Assembly (NCBI GenBank): GCA_964016885.1
Contig: OZ024751.1
Location: 17,174,001-17,238,000 of the forward strand
Direction: 5' to 3'
DNA: 64,000 nucleotides
DNA from: Eledone cirrhosa
Lineage: Eukaryota
Shown one piece after another: positions 25,779 to 39,749 of the stretch. How positions within the stretch are numbered: position 1 is the first letter of the stretch; every line of letters starts with the position of its first letter. Below the pieces are notes generated by a model. It made no database searches, was not told the DNA's origin, and saw only the letters and a program-made list of their open reading frames with translations. Made by a program: the position numbers and the translations under genes.

Positions 25779-27959
25779 TCTTTCGATGACGATAAAACAA
25801 AGTACCAGTCCAGTTATTCACTTGGGGTCGATTCTACCTCTATATCGAGTAAAAGTGAGCACAAAGCATTGTTCATTTAATCCATATCTTTTTATTCTGT
25901 GTGATTAACTAAGGAATTCACAATGTTCGTCACAAGTATGAAAATGCACTCTTGATAGGTGCAATGTGTTCGAACATGGAAGAGCCGAACTCCCACCGTC
26001 GTCGACCCCATCTCTCTCGCCCTCCCCATCTCATGCTATCATTCTCTATTTTGCTTTCATTCTACTCTTCACAGAAGGACATCGGCTCTGTTCACATTTA
26101 GAAACTCAATAAAAAATTAAAGGCTCCTGCATTCAGTAACTAAGTATAATGTATCTTGTTATATCTGTAACGTCATAGCGATGTCCCAACTGCACGGAGT
26201 TTCGGAGTGAATCCATGTTTAGGTCGGGTATAGCTTCGCAGCTATAATACAATGAATTATATATCAATCGTCTCGTGCATTGAATTTTGTATCTCCTGTT
26301 TGCACAGCAAAACCTAATGCCTTAGTATTTTATTTAGAATCTAATGCCCACTATAGCTAATCACGGAATTATACATATTAGAACTCCATGTACATTTCAC
26401 ATGATAGGTCATGGTCTGATCCTAATATACAACTACTTTGTGAATCGTGTTATAGACTGTGATTATCGACATTGAATAATGTCAATCAACCCACGAATAA
26501 ATTACAGATATTATGATATACCCCCCTCTCCGCCAATATTGTCCGTCCGACCTACAGTAAATTACTCTGATAATAGTAATAATTTGAATTGTAGATGAAA
26601 TAATGAAACAGAATGTATAAAGAACAAACAGCAAATTCTCCAAGGAAATCCTATGCTGGAAAATTTATCGATTTCTCACTTTGGCAAAACGCCTGGCATT
26701 ATTAATAGTCGAAGAATAAATCGAATTCTTTAAAAGAAACGTCATATTAAGTTCTGAAATTGTATTCTAAGGATATACATATAAAATTTCAAATACAAAC
26801 GTTAAACAATAATAAAAACAGCAACATCAAATGAAAGTGCCGAGTTCTCCATTTTCTTTTTTTTTTTTTTTTATTTATTTCTTTTTTTTTTGTAAATTGC
26901 AGAAGCATGGTAGAACTTGATAAAGTTCAAAAGTTTAAATAGACGGCGATAAAGTAAATAGCAGAACTAAAATATACAGTAGAGATAAGCAATAGAAGAA
27001 TGTACGAAAATAATGAGATTTAAGTATATACAAATCGTTTATACATAGTTAGTTTGCGGTTGTTTGATGATGTGCAGAATCCTAGGATAAACAATGTTTC
27101 CAGGCTAAACAATAACAACACTAAACCAGAAGCAAGAACATCAAAAACGGCAATAACAACAACACCAACATAACAGCAGCAGCAACAACAACATCATACG
27201 CGGGTTTTAACAAGAACGATAATAGCAGCAACGGGAACAGCGAGTACTTTAACAATAACCACAGTAGTAATGGCGACGTAATAACAGTAAAAATAGCAAC
27301 ATCATTGAACCAACGGCGACAGCAGTTTCATCAATAATAACCACAATAAAAACATATTCAACAAACTTTCAAATTGTCTACATTCAAATTGTTCGCCAGT
27401 GATTCTCATTTTAACTAGTAAAATATCGATGCCCAGCCCTAAAATCAACAAATCAGAGAGAAAAGAAATTCGAAATACTATCCTAACATTGATTGTACCA
27501 TATATACAGTACATTAAAAACCTAAAGCTATATTCTACCTTCTAACCTTTCGTGTCTATTTCTAGCTTCTAAGGTATGTATCCACAATTTCTCCATAGAA
27601 ACTAACAAACTATCAATAAAATGTTTAACAAGTTGCCGAGCCTATTCAAGGAACCATAACGCTTGATGAAGTGTTAGGAGCAACGTAGGTGCGTGCAAAC
27701 TCATACCAGGGATGGCTGAATGTTCAAAGTCTCACTATGAAAGAACGATGCTAGAGCTGTGAAATCTTGCTGGCATTAATTTGAACACATATTATTAGTA
27801 ATTACACTGTTTGATTCCAAGGGCTATGTTGCAAAAATAGCCCTCATTTGGTCATTCCATGAGAGTATCTTTGCCAGCACATGTGAGATTGACGAGCTAG
27901 AAAGGATCTTACAACGCGTCTCCCAGACCATCCTCCGGAGAAACGCCTTCCCTATTCTG

Positions 27960-28062
27960 CGGGGAACTCCATTTGCTCATAATAGAGATGGGGAGGCCGG
28001 GAGAGACAAAGTCAGTGACTGTGGGAGTTTGGTTCCTTTGTGTTCGGACGGGGTCTACATGT
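27960..28062 (-). repeat. Unclassified dispersed repeat (also 25983-26040, 36530-36577, 57755-57855)
   Basis: Shared GAACC.AACTCC..C.GTC...CCTCCCCATCTC...ATTATGAGCAAATGG. Confidence 0.6.
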
Positions 28063-28596
28063 ATATATTTATTTACTGCACCACACATTTACTATTTTTC
28101 ATACATGTAAAATTGAAGCCTATGAACTATAGTTATATCAAAGAAAAAATGTTTATGTCAACAATTCTCCTTGTAAATGATAATCTATATATAACTAAAA
28201 GTCTGTCATTGCTTGCTTGCTTGCTAGTATGTAATGTATTACAGCTGGAAGGGCGCATAATGGGAAAATACTTTGAAAGAAAGTTGCCCTGAAATGGGGA
28301 TACACATGAAATAAAACAAGTTTCGCGTAAATCGAAGCACGGGTTCCGAGATATGGGGTTTTCTGGGTACCTCCATAAACAAAGAAAGAAGGATAGAGAG
28401 AAAGAGATTGTGGTTGTGAGAGAGTAGATTGAAAAAGAAACACAGAGAGAAGGAGAGGGGGACAGAGGAGAATGAAAGAGAGAGAGAGAGAGCTGGTGGT
28501 GTTGTGTATATATATATATATATGGGTGTATATACGTGTGTGTGTGTCTATGACCAGTATATATAGACCACACACACACACACACACACCCACACA

Positions 28597-28639
<43 letters not shown>

Positions 28640-28878
28640 ATATATATATGGGAATAACAAGGTAATCCCGTTAGAGGTTGTGAGTACCCTGTACTATGGA
28701 CTTCTATGATTTGATCAGACACACACTATATTTAAGGTCGTGTGACGCAATTTTGAGTGATCGGCGGCCTTTAGACTCACCTGATCAATGAAACAATTGT
28801 TAGTACTGTAAATAAAACCCTTTTTGTACAGCCGACCATGTTATTCTTCACTATATATATACATATATATATATACAT

Positions 28879-28909
<31 letters not shown>

Positions 28910-29057
28910 CAAACTCACAATTTATATATATACATACACACACGAATATATATGGGCCTTCCAGTTTCCTTTCACATTATATACATGTCTGTGTATATTT
29001 TGATCATTAAAATTTATTTTTAAACGAACATGATTTAAAAGAAATATTTTGAAGCAA

Positions 29058-29087
29058 CCGTGACCCAAGGGGTTACGGGAAGTCTAG
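29058..29087 (+). mobile_element. Helitron-type 3' end
   Basis: Hairpin CCGTGACCC-AA-GGGGTTACGG followed by CTAG-T. Confidence 0.6.
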
Positions 29088-29138
29088 TATTATATATATA
29101 TAATGTGGCTTCTTGCTAACATTAATTTCTCTATTTTC

Positions 29139-29207
<69 letters not shown>

Positions 29208-29626
29208 TTGCCGTGATTTGTCAAGGAACGTTAGCTGCCACGTAGAATCATTTAAATGTATGCATTCTTTAGCCTTATATCACTTTCCACATTATCTCCT
29301 TATAATATATAACCAGCAATTTATCTGTCTGTCTGTCCGACAGTGGAAACACGTGCGCGCGTGCGAATGTTTTTTGCGCCCGCGTGGAGAGAGAAAGTGA
29401 TAGTGAAAGAAAGAGACAGACTACAAGAGAGGATAGCGGGAGGGAGAGAGGGGGGAATTGAGGAGTGCTACAGAAACATATATACATTTCTGTGTGTGTG
29501 TAATATATATATATATATACACACACAGAAATATATATATATACACACAGAAATATATATACATTTCTGTGTGTGTAATATATATATATATATACACACA
29601 GACATATATATACATTTCTGTGTGTG

Positions 29627-29669
<43 letters not shown>

Positions 29670-29941
29670 GAAATATATATACATTTCTGTGTGTGTAATA
29701 TATATATATATATATATATTACACACACAGAAATGTATATATATTTCTGTGTGTGTATATATATATATATTACACACACAGAAATGTATATATATATACA
29801 CACAGAAATATATATACATCCCTTAGCTACTCTACTGTATCTGTTGCTATCTCTCTCTCTCTCCAGCTATCCCTCTCTTTTAGTCTGTCTGTTTCTCTCA
29901 CTCTCACTCTTTCTCTTTGTAACACACTAACATTCCTCCCC

Positions 29942-30460
29942 TCTATCTACTTATAATATATAATGGGCATTTCTCTGTTTGTTTGTCTGTCTGTCCGTCT
30001 GTAAAAAAGGCCAAGGAAACAAATAGACACGGTTTCAAATCTCTATGCTTTTCAAATTGATTACATTAATCTTTATTTATACGTTTCGCTTTACGAGTGT
30101 TTTCGGCTTACGAGTGTTTCGGCTTATCATTATATATAAACTTTACTATTTCCATCGTTTTATCGTAAACGTTTATATATTTCCATCGTTATATCATAAC
30201 ATTCATGTATCATAACGTTTATGTATCATAACGTTTATATTTCCGTCACTAATCACTTTTTCTCCTTTTTCGTTTTAACATATATTTATTTCAAAGATTT
30301 CACCGTATAGATAACATATATATTTATACATGCATAAAAGACACACCGAGAGACGGTGAACATGTGGTGCCGAAAACATTTCTCATCCAAATCTCAACAA
30401 TATCAGTATATACAGTGAATTTGCTAGCAGAAAACCGCCCACCGGGTGGATTTCTGCTAG
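29942..30460 (+). mobile_element. Non-autonomous Helitron-like element (relative at about 58196-58791)
   Basis: Starts TCTATCTACTTATAATATATAA...(GTCT)n; ends CTAGCAGAAA-ACCGCCCACCGGGTGGA-TTTCTGCTAG. Confidence 0.65.
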
Positions 30461-31409
30461 TCTATATATATAAACCTGAGGTTGTCTGTCTGTCTGCCTG
30501 TCTGTCTGTCTACTAAAACGGTCGGCACACATCTCCTCCTAAACTGTACGTTCACATTTCGGTTAAATTGCTACACTTATAGAGGAAGGTCCGACGGAGA
30601 CATCGGTCAAAAATATTTTCAAATCGACCCACGCCAAGTGCAAAAATCGAATTTGTAAAGTATTGATTTTTCAGTTCAAATGTATAAATAGAGATGAGAG
30701 ACGACTTATTTCCCTTTTATGGCGTCATTCTGTCTATCTATTTACGTAACGAATATACGACGCGTGCAAAAGTACAAAAATACGCGAACAGTTTTCGGAC
30801 CAGCAAAATTTTAACCTGCAAAGTTCATGAGTTCGAAGTTTCAACATTAAGCTTCCATTTTGCTTCATTTCCATTAAAAAGTCTTTTAACCAATATTTTT
30901 ACTTGAAAACAAGCCTATTTGAATACACCGTAAAACAACCAAATATTTTGTAAAAAAAGCATTGATCTATATATATAATCTCGAATAAAGCCTTATGAGA
31001 TTTTCATTTAGAAGCAATGATTTCAAACGACAGACAGATAACGCATTTTTTTATTTTTTTTTTATTTTTTACATGTTCATCCAATTTCTTTGTTTTAAAA
31101 TAACTGATAGTTTGGTTACGCTGATGTTTTTCTCTGAGACAAGTGTTGCAGTGTTTACATTTTCGATTTTTGTTAATAGATTACCAGTGCAGTTTTTATC
31201 CTCAGCATCCTCTTTTGTTTTAACATTCGAGTTATGGTTATACTTTCTTAACTTCATAAGGCATACTGTTGGTTGAGGGAATATTAATCAAAAGTACCAC
31301 ATGAAAGTCTACACTGTAGACTCTACACTTTTTAAGCCAAGAAAGGAACTTAACATTGTAACTTTAACACAGCTACTGAGCAGCCCCGAGCAACGCAGGG
31401 CTTTACTAT
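30461..31409 (+). mobile_element. Non-autonomous Helitron-like element
   Basis: Starts TCTATATATATAAACCTGAGGTT(GTCT)n directly after the previous CTAG; ends CCCGAGCAACGCAGGG-CTTTA-CTAT. Confidence 0.65.
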
Positions 31410-31502
31410 ATATACAAAGTATATTATATATACAAAGCTTCAACCAAACTACAACATTTTAGTGTCCTATAGAATTTGATCTTCATTTTAGTGCTGATCA
31501 AT

Positions 31503-31898
31503 CGATAAAATAAAGTACCAGTAATAGACTGGAATAATTCCTGGCCTTGTACTAAAAGTAGAAACAATTATTATTACTACTGTATCTCATCCTTACGGGG
31601 TGGACAAAATAAAGTACCAGTAATACACTGGGTTCTTGCTGGCCTTGTGCTAAAAGTAGAAACCATTATTACTACTACTAAAGGGCGGTGGATTGTCAGT
31701 ATCGGTAGAGTATCGGACAAGAATTCGTGGCATTGACTTACGTCCATTTACGTTCTCAGTTCAAATCCCGCCGTGGTTAGTTTTGCCTTTCATCTTTACG
31801 GAGTCGATAAAATAAAGTACCAGTAACGTACTGGAGTCGATTTAATCGACTTTGCCGTTCCCCTAAATTACTGGCCTTGTGCCTATACTAGAAATCAT
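31503..31898 (+). mobile_element. Two SINE 3' fragments plus a full long-subfamily SINE
   Basis: Fragments 31503-31575 and 31586-31670; full copy 31681-31898. Confidence 0.88.
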
Positions 31899-32332
31899 TT
31901 TAGTGGTGATTTGTGATCTGTTGTTTGTAATTCGGGATCAAATCTGTATTAAATATGTGAACACGAACTTACCTATCGTTATTCAAGTAGTTGGCGTCTC
32001 AGTAATTAATCTCAATGATCTATGTTCGCTAGGCATCTGGATTTCTTCCAGGCATAAATTCACGCTGGAAAAAATCGGAATGTATCTAAATACAACGGCA
32101 CCAAAATAGAAATAATTAAACTATGGTATGTTCTAGAATACTAAAAATATTTCATTCAGAAATTAGGATGTAAAAACCCAATAGAGGATGAAATCATTCA
32201 ACGTTAATTAAAAAAAATCTAATACTAAGGTTAATTGATATCATAAGGCTATATTCACATGATACATTACACATGATAACATCAATCTATCTAACTATCC
32301 CCACACCCTCTCTCTCCATGTCTAGCCCCCCC

Positions 32333-32452
<120 letters not shown>

Positions 32453-32476
32453 ACTTACATATATATATATACATAC

Positions 32477-32508
<32 letters not shown>

Positions 32509-32520
32509 GTATATACATAT

Positions 32521-32678
32521 ATGTAAGTATGCATGTATACGTACATACATATATGTATACAGACGTACAGTAGCATGCATATATATATATATATATATAC
32601 ATATATACATACATATGCATACAGGTACACATACATATATGCACTGATACGTGCATATATGTATGTGTACCTGTATGC

Positions 32679-32727
<49 letters not shown>

Positions 32728-33310
32728 TGCTACTGTACGTCTGTATACATATATGTATGTACGTATACATGCATACTTACATTTAAGTAAGTGCCATACT
32801 AAGAGTGAGAAATGAAATTTCGTATTCATTTTGTTTCAATTTATCGTTTTCGGTATGCCTGACCGATTTAACTCACTCAATATGCAAATTAGGCTGCTCA
32901 GCCGTTAATTTTCATAAGTGAAGTATATACTTTCGAACGTTCAACTATCTGGCAGATGGGTAAACGGTGCTGATGATAGCTAACAAGCTTGAAACTAGTA
33001 CATCGTTCCTGTGTCAGTGTTGAACAAAAAGGTGACGTGGTTGCCTTAACACCGTATGGCATAAATTCAGGCTGTTCAGTTTGTTTACAAACGAACAAAG
33101 CGACGTTACAATAAGCGCCGCTAAACTGATACGTGCATATATGTATGTGTACCTGTATGCATATGTATGTATATATATATATATATATATATATGCATGC
33201 TACTGTACGTCTGTATACATATATGTATGTACGTATACATGCATACTTACATTTAAGTAAGTGCCATACTAAGAGTGAGAAATGAAATTTCGTTTTCATT
33301 TTGTTTCAAT
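32521..33310 (+). mobile_element. Candidate non-autonomous retrozyme / PLE-mobilised element
   Basis: Direct repeats 32643-32840 and 33125-33310 (482-bp period), inverted copy 32521-32644, central hammerhead, no credible ORF, embedded in (TA)n. Confidence 0.7.
32963..33007 (+). ncRNA. Minimal type I hammerhead ribozyme, canonical core
   Basis: AACGGTG-CTGATGA-T-AGCT-AACA-AGCT-T-GAAA-CTAG-TA-CATCGTT; 7-bp helix I, palindromic ACTAGT helix III, predicted cleavage after GUA at 33000. Confidence 0.85.
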
Positions 33311-33878
<568 letters not shown>

Positions 33879-34251
33879 GTGTGACTGTGTCTGTGTGTGT
33901 GTATTGAAATTTCGTATTTCTAAGGAAACAGTATGTTTATGGATAAACGTTTAGAAAGCCGTAGCTACGCCCAAAACACCGTGTATTATAGCCCTCTGGT
34001 GGTGTCCAGCAGAAGCAATGATGACAATCGTCGATGCATTTCGAACTTAACTGGTTCTCATCAGGCCGCTCCCTCCCACACAGTCGAGAATATATACTTT
34101 CGTACATATATATATATATTTATATACACACTTATATATATATTATAGTTAAAACAGAAAACAAAAAAACAAAAACAAAGCGAAGAGGCAGTACAAAGTG
34201 TTCGTATTAGCTTCACGCTTATATACAAATATATATATACATATATATATG

Positions 34252-34319
<68 letters not shown>

Positions 34320-34322
34320 TGC

Positions 34323-34416
<94 letters not shown>

Positions 34417-34575
34417 GTATATATAAATATATATATGTATATATATATATATTTATGTATATATATATATATGTATATATATATATGTATATATACATAT
34501 ATTTATGTATATATATATATATATGTATATATATGTATATATATATATATTTATGTATATATATATATATTTATG

Positions 34576-34608
<33 letters not shown>

Positions 34609-34629
34609 GTATATATAAATATATATATG

Positions 34630-34699
<70 letters not shown>

Positions 34700-34832
34700 T
34701 ATGCAAAAGTTCTATTTAAATTGTTGGGATACAACAAGCAAATATTTTTATAACTGATACAAAGCACTCGACAAGTATTTGGAGTAGATATACGATATTA
34801 ACAAATGGAAACTATATTTATAAAACCATATT

Positions 34833-34897
34833 TATTTCATTATACATATTTCAAGGATACCAAGTTAAATTATGGTGTGCCTTCATCAGACAAAATA
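34833..34897 (-). ncRNA. Type I hammerhead ribozyme, canonical core
   Basis: Paralog of 20968-21032 within a shared element (about 34790-34975 vs 20893-21075); helix III TATGTA. Confidence 0.8.
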
Positions 34898-34971
34898 CAA
34901 TATATACCAGTTTTATAAATAAACATTGACGTACCCTTTTTAAATGCAACCGTTACTTTTGGAAGACATCA

Positions 34972-35017
<46 letters not shown>

Positions 35018-35020
<3 letters not shown>

Positions 35021-35129
35021 AACCAGTAAGACCCCGACAGCTGAGCTCAAGCCGTTTCGACGGCTAATTCTGGACTTTGAGTACTTTGGTGCGTTATGGT
35101 CCACCTGGTTCCTTACCACATTTCCTTCG

Positions 35130-35132
<3 letters not shown>
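35018..35132. mobile_element. Family P copy 6
   Basis: One arm joined to the inverted tail, between (TA)n tracts. Confidence 0.85.
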
Positions 35133-35166
<34 letters not shown>

Positions 35167-35239
35167 CAGGTAAAGAGTTAGGCTGTGTGGTTACTGAAAG
35201 TGATGTGTTAGAAGGTAAACGGGACGTAAACAAGAGAAG

Positions 35240-35563
35240 TCCTTTCTGATGATCTGGTTAAGCTAACAACGTATTTAAAATTGAGTGGCATAGCTTCAAG
35301 TGTTCAGCAATTTTTAGACAACATAATTAGTGAAACAATTGTTAATACTCTAAATAAGACCTTTTTGTACTGTTGACCATGTTATTCTTCACTCTTTCAA
35401 TATTATTACACCAAGATAAACTTACATAGGAATGAAAGAGAACTCATATACTCGCCACCTACGTAAACCTCGTGTTGAGTCAACCTACGCCGTACGCTAA
35501 AACTATCCACAATACGGATTATCCGCAACCTCTAACTGGATTACCTATAACGATATTTTGTTA
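35240..35563 (+). mobile_element. PLE-type terminal unit with extended-helix-II hammerhead
   Basis: CTGATGA at 35246, helix II CTGGTTA/TAATTAG, GAAA-CAATTG-TT at 35332; helix I eroded. Confidence 0.6.
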
Positions 35564-36681
35564 TCTCTTATGTGTGTGTATAGTTATCTTAAACCTCCAT
35601 TTCATACAGCGATAGTTTAACACATCAAAGTGCAAATATCAATTAAAACTGGAGGTATAAATCATATATTCGATAGCATTTTCCCTGGCCATATATATGA
35701 TCGAGTAGTATCTTTCCGATACATCTCCATATATAATATGAGAATAGATTTCTGAAAATTATTCCCAGCAGTTCTTCTTTTCTAGTCTACTACTATTTCT
35801 ATAGATATTTTTTATGTAAATATTTTTAGATATTTTTACTCACTCCGTCGCTCTCTCACTCCGTATATATATACATAGATGTATACAAATATACATATTT
35901 GTGTATATAAACGGTGAATGAATACACACATGTCTTTCTTAAAATTGATATTTTCCATTTCTTCCTCTTCTCAATCTATTTCGTATTTATTATATTTCAT
36001 TCTACATTCCGAAATGTTAAGTTTTTTTTCTGTACTATATTAATCGTTTAACTAATAAACTGAATTTTGTTGTTAGATTTGATATTTCTGTTTAAGTTTT
36101 GCTTACATATTTAGTATTTACAAACATCTGGTAAAGTTTCAATATAAGTCTTTAATTGCCTTGCAGACGACAAGATGTAGATGTGTATAAAAGATATGTC
36201 GAATGTAAATCTGATGTATTTTAGCAAAATGAAATGTTTGCTGGAAAATATATTGTATTGGAATGTCGCCTAAAATGTTTCTTTCAATAATAGTAATTAT
36301 ATATTTAACAAGTTTTCTCTTTTGTGTTTCCGTTGTTATAAACAGATAATTCAACAATTCGGCGATAAGAAAATACATCTATTATACAAACACGGTATAA
36401 GAGGGGTGATCACAGGAATCGTTGGTACATGACGAAATCATTCAACTTCTCCATTTTGTACGCTGGGGCCGGGGGCGGATATTACGTAAACCCCCCCCCC
36501 ATCCTCAACCCACCATTTACTTATAATTTCGAGTGATGGAGAGAGCGAGAGTGACGGAGGCAGTTGGAATTGGGTTCTATTATACATTAGGGATTTTTTG
36601 TTACAGTGTATATGCACACACACACACACACACACACGCACCCCCCCCCCCCCCCCACACATACATTCATAATTTATTTAT

Positions 36682-36858
36682 TGGTGGACTGGTAGTATCA
36701 GTAGAGTGTGACGCCATGCTTTCCAGCATAGTTACGTCCCTTTACAGACTGAGTTTAAAACCCGCCGAGGTTAACTGCCTTTTATCCTTGCGGGACGATA
36801 AAATAAAGTACCAGTAATGCACTGGGTAATTGCTGGCCTTGTACCCAAAGTGGAAACA
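36682..36858 (+). mobile_element. SINE, short subfamily
   Basis: Family match. Confidence 0.88.
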
Positions 36859-39456
36859 TTTATTTTTATTTATTGGGCAAATGTTTATCTTAAATATTTT
36901 ATCTCTTATAAAAAAACAAAAGTCCCTAGATACAATGTTGGACAAATATGACAATATAAATTAAAGAGCTTTGTATTATAGAACCAAGACAAAATATATA
37001 AATTTTATAAATATCCTATTTATTATCCCGTGACGATTTTGCACACAAGACAATTTTGTTTTAGGGTGTTTATTCATTCAATGCTTTTTACAATACATTT
37101 TTATATTCAGATTTACAACGCTCTATGCCGCCATAAATTCTTACAAGCTGGTTCTAGCCAAACACACGAGAAATTCCATGCCAATCAATCATATAAATAT
37201 AATCCTTTTGTCTTGGCTTTCATCTCGAAGATCTAAGTAAAGAAATAAAAAGATAATTAATTAATGGATCGAATATTGCAGTAGATTCTGGTGCCAAATT
37301 TTAGAGGTAGGGGGAACATGCTATTATATTTGATGGAAATATGTGTTAATATGCAATAGATGATATTGATAATTTAATAAGATATTTCATAAGCTATTAG
37401 AAATCTGACGTCTTTTGTCTCTGATCGAGACGAAGCGAGAGTATATTTGATGGAATACATGTAAAAACGAGAACGCTCATCTCTAGGATAGCTGTTAAAA
37501 CAGCTAAATGCTGTCAAAGACAGCAATGGGCAAGAATGTTTCAGAGGACAGAGACATGCGGCCAGGGGTCAACAGAAAGACACTTTACAACGTGGGTGAC
37601 GGGCAGGTGAAATATAGAAGCTTTAAATAGGAGGAGTACGGGGAGAAGTACATTGGCACACAGAAGTGACTGGAAGAATAAAATAAAGAAGATAAGTTTA
37701 CACACACACATCTTCACCCTCATCAGCTGTCAAACCAGAAAAATGGTTTCGTACGATTTAATTAGAGTACCATTTTAAAATGCTGGATCGGGCAACAGAA
37801 AATATATCTGTCTGCTGATATGATGTGTGTGTGGAAGAGATAAAGCTATTGTCAAATCAGGGTGTGAGTATATGACTGAGCGTTATTGAAATATGTATAA
37901 TATTGAAGAATAGCACAGTAAATGTAGCGAATCATATTTATACTACTGCAGCAGAAAGGACTCACCAAAAAGCGCAAATGAACAACAAACGACCAATTAG
38001 TTTAATTTTCGAAGCAAGAATGTTCTTTTAATCAGTAATGGGAGGAGTTATATTACGTATGGCGACATTGCTAAACAATGATGTAACTTTTTCAAAATTT
38101 CTGACACGAAAATCGGACAGAAGTTTCTTTCAAGCTTGATAAAAAAGACATAAACTTCAAGAAAAGTTGATAATTAGCAAGAAAGAAACGAACTGTTGAA
38201 TCTAATTTAAATAGCAATCTACGAACGCAAACAATTCCATTAATTTAAGTAATCGAAAGAAGAAAAAAAGAACGATTGCGAAGCTGTAAGATCAAAGAAA
38301 GAATTAAGATTTTGGTGTGCTGCAGTGACGCTGGCTTTGGGTTTTGGCAAAATTAGTCACTGGTTGGAAATATACGTGACTATAAGAAATTAACATTTAA
38401 AATTCCGTTTTACGAGGAATAGTAATTTCAATGGTACTTAAAAGGAGCTAGTCACGAAATGGGGTTGAGTAAATGAGAGAATGTTGACGCCTATGGAAAT
38501 GGAATCTGACAGTTAGATGTATATCCTGAACTTGGAACATGGCGCTAGAAAATAAATATGTTAGGCAAGGGATTTGGTGCACGTTTTTCAATCACTATAT
38601 AATTTTGTGAATTGTCAAAAAGAATAAAATGATGTGAATTTATCAAATAACAGGTTACCATAAAATTACCTGTGGTAGCATATATGGTCTTGGGCGGATA
38701 AAAGATGAATAGGATAACAGCAGATAGGGGGGGGGGGTCGAGAATAGGGAGCAAGTTTGCAGGAGCGAAAGAGATGGCAGGATTGATGGATATATATATA
38801 TGAATGAAGTTTTATCAATTCCTAAGAGTCACAGGTATCTCTTTTCTATAGCTTTTGATTGATCGATTTACATAAAAACTTTGTCTTGTGTGAGCAGTTG
38901 TGATATATTATATATATATTTAAAAAAAAACATACTGCTTTTAGTTTACGCTATTTCCATACACTTCGGTTATATTTTGAACATAACTACTTGTATAGGC
39001 GTCACACCTAGAGAATCGTATGCGTTTCACATTCAAATAATTTTTGTCACTTTCTCTCAAGGCTGATTTTGACTATAAATACTTCACACTAAGATTTCCC
39101 ACGAGGTATATTTGAAATACCGCTTAATTTTAAGTTCTAGTTTTGTAAGGCTATATTTTGTATTGTTATTCAAAAGTCACGTGTAATAAGATTGGGGCCA
39201 ATATATATTTAAGTTAGAAAAATGCTTGTAATTATATCATGACAAGGTGAACAGTGAAGTCTCCATTTGCTGTAAAACAAGACAGTGTGTTAGTGTTACA
39301 TTTGTAACAATAATCAGTATGAATTCCTGGTTCATCAAATTGAAATTCAGGGAAATATCATATATAGCGAATGCAGAACCTGTTTGAGATTTCTCCAGGG
39401 AGGCTTGTTGCCAGATATAGAAGGATCTGTTGTATTTACTAAAAAAGGTTGATCAT

Positions 39457-39570
39457 GCGTGGTTGAATGGTTAGACAATTGGATTCGCAGTCGTAAGGTT
39501 GTGAGTTCGATCCCCTGATCGGGCGATGCGTTATATCCTTGAGCAAGACATTTTATTTTACGTTGCTCCT
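39457..39570 (+). mobile_element. Second tRNA-derived SINE family (CORE/V-domain-like)
   Basis: GTGGTTGAATGGTTAG A-box, GAGTTCGATCCC B-box, then TCCTTGAGCAAGACA. Confidence 0.65.
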
Positions 39571-39708
39571 TCTCTCTGGATTTGCGACCGTTAGATAGTA
39601 CTAGCAACTGGAAAGACCAATGAAAACATTGTTTCCTCAGTCCGATTTGGCAAGCTCCACCCCACTCGTTAAGATGTCTGGGATCTTGTCGATCGACTTA
39701 TATACATT

Positions 39709-39749
<41 letters not shown>

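Noticed and set aside
25221-25908. CRISPR array or 17-aa repeat protein
   Set aside because: Units are contiguous with no unique spacers, there are no cas genes, the context is eukaryotic, and the unit is SINE-derived.
27110-27360. Gln/Asn/Thr-rich coding segment
   Set aside because: Degenerate (CAA/TAA/CAG)n repeat with stop codons.
37715-37758. Type II hammerhead on the minus strand (GAAA-CCA..TGG-TT...CTGATGA)
   Set aside because: Only 6 nt are available for helix I and there is no helix II pairing.
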